Virus record (IMG/VR): IMGVR_UViG_3300043410_001471
Coordinates: 62,001-126,000 of that record
Reading direction: 5' to 3' (one strand)
Length of the DNA: 64,000 nucleotides
Part shown: in pieces, positions 57,625-64,000 of the stretch
Position numbering within the stretch: the stretch's first letter is position 1
Layout of the letters: each line of letters starts with the position of its first letter
Notes under the pieces: model-generated
What the model was told of the DNA's origin: nothing
The model's input: the letters and a program-made list of their open reading frames with translations, nothing else
Database searches by the model: none
Position numbers and translations under genes: made by a program

Positions 57625-59235
57625 ATGGCAGTTCAAGGGAAACCAACGAAAAGTCTAAAAGAAATAATTGCTGAAGAATATCGTAAATGTGCGGCTGACC
57701 CCATTTACTTTATGAAGAAGTATTGTGTTATTCAACATCCGGTGAGAGGGAAAATTCCCTTTCACCTTTATCCTTTCCAGGAAGATTGTTTAACGGATTT
57801 TAAAGACCATCGGTTTAACATCATCCTTAAATCTCGTCAATTGGGTTTATCAACTCTTTCGGCAGGATTTATTCTTTGGAAAATGATTTTCAATCAGGAC
57901 TTTAATGCATTGGTTATCGCAACAAAAGTTACGGTAGCAAAAAACCTTGTAGAGAAAGTAAGGGTTATGCACGATTTACTTCCTATATGGTTGAGAGATG
58001 GTGGAACTGCGGCAGCAGAAGATAACAAACTCTCACTTAAATTAAAAAATGGTTCGCAAGTAAAAGCAATCGCATCTTCTCCAGATGCAGGTCGTTCAGA
58101 AGCCTTATCACTATTAGTTGTGGATGAGGCAGCTTTCATTAGAGATATTGATGAGATTTGGTTATCAGCGCAATCTACCTTATCAACGGGTGGTAGTGCT
58201 ATTGTATTATCTACACCAAATGGTATTGGTAACTGGTTTCATAAAATGTGGGTTGAAGGTGAAAGTGGAACAAATGGTTTTAATTGTATAAATCTCCATT
58301 GGACTGTACACCCTGAAAGAAATCAGGCTTGGAGAGATGAACAAACTCGTATCTTAGGAGTTAAGGGAGCAGCACAAGAATGTGATTGTGACTTTATCGG
58401 TTCAGGAGATACTGTATTTGAACCAGCTCTACTGACTTGGTATAAAGATACCTATGTAATGGAGCCGGTTGAGAAAAGAGGATTTGATAACAATCTATGG
58501 GTATGGGAATATCCAAATTATAATAAACAATATATTGTTGTAGCGGACGTTGCCCGTGGAGATGGTTCTGACTACTCTACGGCTCATATTATTGATATAG
58601 AAGATTGTGTTCAAGTTGCAGAATATAGAGGTAAAGTTGATACAAAGGATTTTGGAAACTTTTTAACCTCATTGGCAACTGAATATAATACGGCACTTTT
58701 GATTATTGAAAATGCAAATGTGGGATGGGCTTGTATTCAGCAAGTAATCGATAGAAATTATAGTAATTTATTCTATATGAGTAATGATTTGAAATATATC
58801 GATGTTGAAAGACAAATGTCAAACAAATATTATAGAGATGAAAGACAAATGGTTGCTGGATTCTCTACTACATCTAAAACTCGTCCTTTAATCATATCAG
58901 CATTGGATACTTATATGAATGATAAAGATATCATTATTCGTTCTCAAAGAACAATTGATGAGATGTTTACATTTATCTGGAGTGGAGGTAGAGCTGAAGC
59001 GATGAAAGGGTATAATGATGACTTGATTATGGCATTGGGTATTGGACTTTGGGTTCGTAATACCGCACTTCGTTTAAGACAAGAAGGTATAGACTTAACA
59101 AAAAGTATGTTGAATTCAACTACTATCCAAAATAACACCGGAGTATATGCTACAAACTGGCAGCAAGGTAGAAATCCGTATGAAATGGAGGTAGGAAAAG
59201 GTCAAACCGAAAATTTAACTTGGTTACTTCAATAA
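57625..59235 (+). CDS. terL: Terminase large subunit (T4 gp17-like)
   Basis: CAADPIYF...Y..IQHP, LKSRQLGLST, VVDEAAFI, STPNG, VADVARGDGSDYS, IIENANVG, DDLIMAL. Confidence 0.95.
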   Translation: MAVQGKPTKSLKEIIAEEYRKCAADPIYFMKKYCVIQHPVRGKIPFHLYPFQEDCLTDFKDHRFNIILKSRQLGLSTLSAGFILWKMIFNQDFNALVIATKVTVAKNLVEKVRVMHDLLPIWLRDGGTAAAEDNKLSLKLKNGSQVKAIASSPDAGRSEALSLLVVDEAAFIRDIDEIWLSAQSTLSTGGSAIVLSTPNGIGNWFHKMWVEGESGTNGFNCINLHWTVHPERNQAWRDEQTRILGVKGAAQECDCDFIGSGDTVFEPALLTWYKDTYVMEPVEKRGFDNNLWVWEYPNYNKQYIVVADVARGDGSDYSTAHIIDIEDCVQVAEYRGKVDTKDFGNFLTSLATEYNTALLIIENANVGWACIQQVIDRNYSNLFYMSNDLKYIDVERQMSNKYYRDERQMVAGFSTTSKTRPLIISALDTYMNDKDIIIRSQRTIDEMFTFIWSGGRAEAMKGYNDDLIMALGIGLWVRNTALRLRQEGIDLTKSMLNSTTIQNNTGVYATNWQQGRNPYEMEVGKGQTENLTWLLQ

Positions 59236-59242
59236 ATTTTAT

Positions 59243-59251
59243 ATATTTATA
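59243..59251 (+). promoter_or_regulatory. Putative late-promoter motif ATATTTATA
   Basis: Intergenic, 25 nt before ATG 59277. Confidence 0.55.
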
Positions 59252-59276
59252 TGTTGAAACTATTAAAAATACAAAA

Positions 59277-59780
59277 ATGAGATTATTAGACTTAATTCCT
59301 TTGAAAGAAATGGAAAATCCTTGTTGGAAAGGATATGAAATGGTAGGAACTAAAACAAAAGATGGTAAAGAAGTACCAAATTGTGTACCCGTAAGTGAAG
59401 ATATCGATTCGGATGATGATGTAAACTATGGTTTAGTTGAACCAGAAGAATACGATGTTGAAGATGAGGATATGGAAGATTTTATCTCATTTATGCGAGG
59501 ATATGATAAATCTTTAAATGAAGGATGTCAATGTTTAAGAGAAGCTGAATATCAAGGTAGACAAGTTCAGTTGGGTAAACCAATGGCTGGGGATGTTAAA
59601 AAATTCAAAGTGTATGTTAAAAACCCAGCTGGTAATGTAGTTAAGGTAAATTTTGGACAGAAGGGAGTTAAAATTAAAAAGAACAATCCAGATAGAAGAA
59701 GAAGTTTCAGAGCAAGACATAATTGTGACCAACCCGGCCCAAGACATAAAGCTAGATACTGGTCTTGTAGAAAGTGGTAA
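59277..59780 (+). CDS. Small head-region protein with CWKGY...VPNCVP and FRARHNC...RYWSC..W modules
   Basis: Two short Cys/Trp modules I recognise from large-phage head regions. ATG 59277 follows the motif; the track's 59220 start overlaps terL. Confidence 0.7.
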   Translation: MRLLDLIPLKEMENPCWKGYEMVGTKTKDGKEVPNCVPVSEDIDSDDDVNYGLVEPEEYDVEDEDMEDFISFMRGYDKSLNEGCQCLREAEYQGRQVQLGKPMAGDVKKFKVYVKNPAGNVVKVNFGQKGVKIKKNNPDRRRSFRARHNCDQPGPRHKARYWSCRKW

Positions 59781-59782
59781 AA

Positions 59783-59814
59783 TTTGGAAATACAAAAAAT
59801 TTTACTTATCTTTG
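59783..59814 (+). promoter_or_regulatory. Bacteroidota primary-sigma promoter upstream of portal
   Basis: TTTG (59783-86), 20-nt spacer, TATCTTTG (59807-14). Confidence 0.8.
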
Positions 59815-59835
59815 TAAATTAATATAAATTAAAAA

Positions 59836-61578
59836 ATGGCAGATAAATCAATATTCGGTAGGTTACAAAAATTATTTTCAACGAATACTATAATTCGTAA
59901 AACGCAGCAAGGTGTTAAAGTAATTGATACAGATGAGTATCAAAATATGACAACTAATCTTGTAGACCGTTATATGAAATTAAAGATTAGTAATTATGGA
60001 GTTGGTTCATTGGAATCATCTTTGGCATATCAACAAGTTAGAATTGATTTGTTCAGAGATTATGATTCAATGGATATGGACCCGATTTTAGCATCTGCAT
60101 TGGATATTTACGCTGATGAATGTACACCTACAAACGAACATGGTAATGTTTTGAAAATACATCACGAAGATGATAATATCAAACAAATATTAGAAAATTT
60201 ATTCTACGATATTCTTAATGTGGAATTTAATTTATGGCCTTGGACTAGAAATTTAGTTAAATATGGTGATTTCTTTTTACAATTAGAAATTTCACCTGAA
60301 TTGGGTATTATTAATGTAATGCCAATGTCTACTTATGAAATGAGTAGAGTTGAGGGATTTGACCCTGAAAATCCTCAAAGAGTAAAATTTGTATATTCAC
60401 CATATCAGAATCCATATACAACTGGATTACAATCTACAAAAACTGAATATGAAAACTATGAAATTGCACATTTTCGTTTAAATGGTGATGCAAACTTCTT
60501 ACCTTATGGAAAATCTATGATTGAAGGTGGTAGAAGAGTTTGGAAGCAATTACAATTGATGGAAGATGCTATGTTAATTCATAGAGTGATGAGAGCTCCC
60601 GAAAAAAGAATCTTTAAAGTGGATGTGGGTAATATTCCACCAAACGAAGTAGATAACTACATGCAAAAGATTATCAACGCATCGAAGAAAGTTCCATTCG
60701 TTGATGAAAGAACAGGTGAATATAATTTAAAATACAATATTCAAAACTTAATAGAAGATTATTATATGCCAGTTCGTGGTAGCGATAATGGTACTTCTAT
60801 TGATACATTAAAAGGTTTAGAATATAATATGATTGATGACCTTAACTACTTAAAAGGTAAGTTAATGGCAGCATTGAAAATTCCAAAAGCATATTTAGGA
60901 TTTGAAGAAGATACCAATGGTAAAGCAACATTGGCATCGATGGATATCCGTTTCGCAAAGACAATCGAAAGAATTCAAAAAGTATTAATTTCAGAATTAA
61001 CAAAGATAGGAATCATTCACTTATATGCGCAAGGTATAGATGATGATAGATTGACTAACTTTACATTGGAACTTACAATCCCATCTAAAATCTACGAACA
61101 AGAGCAAGTTGAATTATATACTTCTAAAGTAGCATTGATTCAACAAATGCAACAAACAAAGATGTTCTCTAAAGAATGGATGTATGATTCAGTAATGAAG
61201 ATGGCTAAAGATGAGCAAGATGAATTGACATTGCAAGTATTGGAAGATACTAAGCAAATGTTTAGATTGACATCAATTGAAACGCAAGGTGTAGACCCTG
61301 CTAAGGAAACGGGAGTAGAAGGCGGCCCAACCAATGTAGAAGAAGAATTAAATAAATTAAAATTGGAATTGGATGGCGATGTTGGTAGACCAAAAGACCC
61401 GGTTAGATATGGTAAAGATGACCATCCGGAAGGAAGAGACCCGTTGGGAATAAAGACTCTAAAGCAAAGAGAAGGTTCTGTGGCTTATAAACCGAGAAAA
61501 AATTCATATTTGGAGATATTTAAGGATATGAATGGTAATAAAAAGACTATTTTGACAGAAGATTTAACAAAAGAGTAA
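59836..61578 (+). CDS. gp20: Portal protein (T4 gp20-like)
   Basis: YDSMD.DPI...ALDIYADE, MEDAMLIHRV.RAPEKRIFK.DVGNIPP, EDYYMPVRG, IDTL.G, LMAALKIPKAYLG. Confidence 0.95.
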   Translation: MADKSIFGRLQKLFSTNTIIRKTQQGVKVIDTDEYQNMTTNLVDRYMKLKISNYGVGSLESSLAYQQVRIDLFRDYDSMDMDPILASALDIYADECTPTNEHGNVLKIHHEDDNIKQILENLFYDILNVEFNLWPWTRNLVKYGDFFLQLEISPELGIINVMPMSTYEMSRVEGFDPENPQRVKFVYSPYQNPYTTGLQSTKTEYENYEIAHFRLNGDANFLPYGKSMIEGGRRVWKQLQLMEDAMLIHRVMRAPEKRIFKVDVGNIPPNEVDNYMQKIINASKKVPFVDERTGEYNLKYNIQNLIEDYYMPVRGSDNGTSIDTLKGLEYNMIDDLNYLKGKLMAALKIPKAYLGFEEDTNGKATLASMDIRFAKTIERIQKVLISELTKIGIIHLYAQGIDDDRLTNFTLELTIPSKIYEQEQVELYTSKVALIQQMQQTKMFSKEWMYDSVMKMAKDEQDELTLQVLEDTKQMFRLTSIETQGVDPAKETGVEGGPTNVEEELNKLKLELDGDVGRPKDPVRYGKDDHPEGRDPLGIKTLKQREGSVAYKPRKNSYLEIFKDMNGNKKTILTEDLTKE

Positions 61579-61595
61579 TAAACCAATATAAAAAT

Positions 61596-61604
61596 ATATT
61601 TATA
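61596..61604 (+). promoter_or_regulatory. Putative late-promoter motif ATATTTATA
   Basis: Intergenic, 21 nt before ATG 61626. Confidence 0.55.
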
Positions 61605-61625
61605 TCTGACAAATTATAAAAATTG

Positions 61626-62498
61626 ATGAAAAAAATAAAACATTCAAAGTTTAAAAATACGGGATTTATATTCGAATTATTAGTAAGACAAATTACATCT
61701 GAAATAATGTCTGCTAACAAATCAATAGCAGAAGGTATTTTAAAAGAACATTTCAATTCGAAAAAAGAATTGTCAAAAGAATTAAAGTTATATCAGTATT
61801 TGATAAATGAGAAATACAATTCAGAAGCAAAAGCTGAGAAATTTATTGATACTATCTTAGAAGCTCGTAAAAGATTAGATGAGAAAAAACTTACAAAAGA
61901 AAAGTATAATCTTATCAAACAAATTAAAGAAACTTACGGATTGGATGAATTTATTAAATCTCCAATTTCGAATTATAAAACATTAGCATCTATTTATAAA
62001 ATATTTGAAGTAGTAACAACCGAAGAACAATACGAACCAACTGATATCGTAAATTCTCGTTTTACTATTGCAGAAAGTATTATAAATTCTTCTATTCAAA
62101 ATAAAGAAGCAAAAGTTAAAGATGCAGTTTTAGAAGAATATAGAAAACAAGATGAAGATTTAAGAGCTATTTCTTACAAAATATTAGTAGAGAATTTTAA
62201 TTCAAAATATAAAAATTTATCTAAAGAACAAAAGGGATTATTGAAAGAATATATCAATAATATCAATAATACAGGTAAATTAAATGAATATGTTTCAAAC
62301 GAAGTAACTGATTTAGTAAATTCTTTAAAAGAAATCGGTTCTAAAATTTCAGATAAAGTTACTAAGATTAAATTGGCTGAAACTATATCTAACATACGAA
62401 AAATAAAATCAGTTAAGAAAGTTAGAGAGCAACACTTATCAGCGATGATGATGAGTTATGAATTATTAAAGGAATTAAAAGATAGTTTAAATAAATAA
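61626..62498 (+). CDS. Hypothetical head-assembly-region protein
   Basis: KHSKFKNTGFIFELLVRQI N-terminus, all-helical; immediately after portal, where prohead core genes lie in T4. Confidence 0.6.
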   Translation: MKKIKHSKFKNTGFIFELLVRQITSEIMSANKSIAEGILKEHFNSKKELSKELKLYQYLINEKYNSEAKAEKFIDTILEARKRLDEKKLTKEKYNLIKQIKETYGLDEFIKSPISNYKTLASIYKIFEVVTTEEQYEPTDIVNSRFTIAESIINSSIQNKEAKVKDAVLEEYRKQDEDLRAISYKILVENFNSKYKNLSKEQKGLLKEYINNINNTGKLNEYVSNEVTDLVNSLKEIGSKISDKVTKIKLAETISNIRKIKSVKKVREQHLSAMMMSYELLKELKDSLNK

Positions 62499-62501
62499 AA
62501 A

Positions 62502-62747
62502 ATGGTAAATTATAGAGCATTTAATGCAAAATTGGTAACATCTGGTTCTACCGCATTAGTAGATAGAGCATGGGGTGTATTGCCTGTAAGTGGGGTAACT
62601 GGTACAATTACATTGGAAGGGTTTGGAACAGGTAGTACTGTTCATCCAACTATTGCATTGGAACATTTAGTAGCAGGACAACCATTTCCTTGTCACCTTA
62701 GAAATATATCAGTAACCAATGGTGGTTCTGTTTATGTATTAGCTTAA
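62502..62747 (+). CDS. Small beta-rich hypothetical protein (possible head decoration)
   Basis: 81 aa, G/T/V-rich, ending LVAGQPFPCHLRNISVT.GG.VYVL. Confidence 0.5.
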   Translation: MVNYRAFNAKLVTSGSTALVDRAWGVLPVSGVTGTITLEGFGTGSTVHPTIALEHLVAGQPFPCHLRNISVTNGGSVYVLA

Positions 62748-62759
62748 ATCATATAACAA

Positions 62760-63302
62760 ATGCCAGCAGTATCAAAAGCACAACAACGATTTATGGGCAT
62801 GGTTCATGCAGCTGATAAAGGAGAAACTCCTGCATCACCTGAAGTAGCAAAAGTAGCAGCTTCTATGGATGATAAAGATGCTAAAGATTTTGCATCAACA
62901 TCTCATAAAGGATTGCCTGATAAAATCAAAGAATTTATAGTAAGAGAAGCTAGAGGTGTTAAATCAATCCAAAATGATTATATGAAAACAGTTAATGCTA
63001 TTGCACAAACTTTGGAATCATATAAGCAGGCTAAAGGAACTTCAAATGAAAAGAAATTTGTTGAAAGATTGAAACAACTACAAACTTTAAAAAAGAAATT
63101 TGCTAAAGAATTGGATGATAAGGTTAGTGGATTGTATAAAGATGTTGAGTTAAAAGCCGATGTGGATGAAATGAACACAAGTGGTGCAGCTGGAGAATAC
63201 AATACTCCATTTGCATTTGGTAAAAAAGAAGATGAGAAATCCAAAGGTAAAAGACAAGCAGATTTGACTGGATATTCGGTAGTTAAGGAAATTAAAAAAT
63301 AA
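62760..63302 (+). CDS. Head-region protein with DUF3008-like N-terminus
   Basis: MPAVSKAQQRFMG.V.A...FAST.HKGLP.K; C-terminal EMN.S...GEY.TPFAF module. Confidence 0.55.
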   Translation: MPAVSKAQQRFMGMVHAADKGETPASPEVAKVAASMDDKDAKDFASTSHKGLPDKIKEFIVREARGVKSIQNDYMKTVNAIAQTLESYKQAKGTSNEKKFVERLKQLQTLKKKFAKELDDKVSGLYKDVELKADVDEMNTSGAAGEYNTPFAFGKKEDEKSKGKRQADLTGYSVVKEIKK

Positions 63303-63304
63303 TC

Positions 63305-63313
63305 ATATTTATA
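63305..63313 (+). promoter_or_regulatory. Putative late-promoter motif ATATTTATA
   Basis: Intergenic, 20 nt before ATG 63334. Confidence 0.55.
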
Positions 63314-63333
63314 CAATATAAAGTATATTATAA

Positions 63334-63648
63334 ATGAAATTACATCAATTAAGAGAATTTGTTAAGCAAGTTGTAAAAGAAGAGCAAGATTATCAGCAAT
63401 TATTCAAACATATGTTGGATAAGACTGGTAAAGATATCAACTCTATGAGTGATGAAGATAAAAAGAAATTCTTCAGTGCCGTAGATACTGCTTACAAAGC
63501 AAAATCGGAGGGTAGATTAAGAGGGTATAACGAAGCTGAATTAACTGCTGGACAAAAGAAAATTGATGTGGATAATGATGGTGAGATTGAAGGTTCGGAT
63601 TTAGCAGCATTGAGAGCCAAAAATGAAGGGGCTCAAAAAAAAAAGTAA
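63334..63648 (+). CDS. Head-region protein with EF-hand/dockerin-like DxDxDG loop; ends on a slippery site
   Basis: QKKIDVDNDGEIEGSDLAAL; ends CAA AAA AAA AAG TAA. Confidence 0.7.
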   Translation: MKLHQLREFVKQVVKEEQDYQQLFKHMLDKTGKDINSMSDEDKKKFFSAVDTAYKAKSEGRLRGYNEAELTAGQKKIDVDNDGEIEGSDLAALRAKNEGAQKKK

Positions 63649-63707
63649 ATGAAAATTTAGCAATTGATATAGTAGCTACATTAGGTACTATTATGGTTGC
63701 TAAAATT
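63639..63707 (+). other. Putative programmed -1 ribosomal frameshift signal
   Basis: A AAA AAG heptamer (63639-45), 7-nt spacer, imperfect hairpin 63653-63707. Confidence 0.6.
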
Positions 63708-64000
63708 ATATTTTATTATTTAGTGGATTTGGCAATTAAAGGAATGAAATATTTCCAAGGAAAGTCGGAACACAAAAAAGAAGTTAAAAAGATTTTAGAT
63801 TATATATCGGATGATACAAAAGTAATATCAGATATAGCTAAAATGGTAGACCCGAAAAAAGGAATTGATAACACAACGGCTGATAAAATTGTAAATTTAC
63901 CAAGAGTAAAAACTCAAATAATAAAAGTGAGTGATTCTACAAATGGTGAATTGAGTGAAACCGAATTAGAAAATGAATTAAAGACAATTATAATTAAGTC
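63645..64000 (+). CDS. -1-frame extension ORF running off the window end (contains a hydrophobic helix)
   Basis: VNENLAIDIVATLGTIMVAKIIFYYLVDLAIKG...; no stop to 64000; frame closed upstream by TGA at 63624. Confidence 0.65.

Noticed and set aside
1-64000. Short minus-strand and off-frame ORFs in the supplied track (e.g. 181..450, 2391..2777, 54091..54492, 25215..25508)
   Set aside because: All lie inside longer plus-strand genes with recognisable motifs; they are antisense or shifted-frame shadows with no family signatures.
1-64000. Alternative genetic code (TAG/TGA recoding), as in some Bacteroidota phages
   Set aside because: Coding density is near complete under code 11, and TGA/TAG act as real stops (e.g. 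ATGA overlaps at 16992, 36780, 39386, 44108; TAG at 40769).
1-64000. CRISPR array, tRNA, structured ncRNA or group I/II intron
   Set aside because: Intergenic gaps are short, and I saw no spaced direct repeats or cloverleaf; terminase and portal read uninterrupted. An Infernal/tRNAscan run would be decisive.

Overview
A 64-kb, strongly AT-rich, gene-dense and almost entirely plus-strand segment of a large T4-related (myovirus-like) phage. The host is very probably a Bacteroidota member, because four near-perfect TTTG-N20-TAnnTTT(G/A) promoters are present. Layout: (1) 1-15.6 kb baseplate/tail block (gp25-like, gp6/J-like, a 1659-aa wedge-like protein, three collar/fibre-base-like proteins); (2) 15.6-20.2 kb DNA metabolism (T7 gp3-type endonuclease I, primase, fused Mre11-Rad50) plus a hidden 59-aa ribbon-helix-helix gene, the only minus-strand gene I can support; (3) 20.4-25.5 kb tail fibre with S74 chaperone and an adhesin-like protein; (4) 25.5-51.4 kb, 28 contiguous genes for glycan synthesis and decoration, with no recognisable flippase, polymerase or undecaprenyl-P transferase; (5) 51.6-64 kb head/packaging block (1562-aa multi-enzyme protein, large terminase, portal, small head-associated proteins). 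The best candidate new systems are: a phage-encoded cytoplasmic glycosylation pathway (including a split ribofuranosyltransferase-like pair and a TPP-dependent branched-sugar-like module), possibly acting on S/T-G-S-rich virion proteins; a putative capsid-packaged polyprotein whose domains are separated by prohead-protease-like (L/I/V/Y)-x-E sites; and a canonical -1 frameshift cassette (A AAA AAG plus hairpin) at 63.64 kb. All family calls come from motif recognition by eye; no searches were run.
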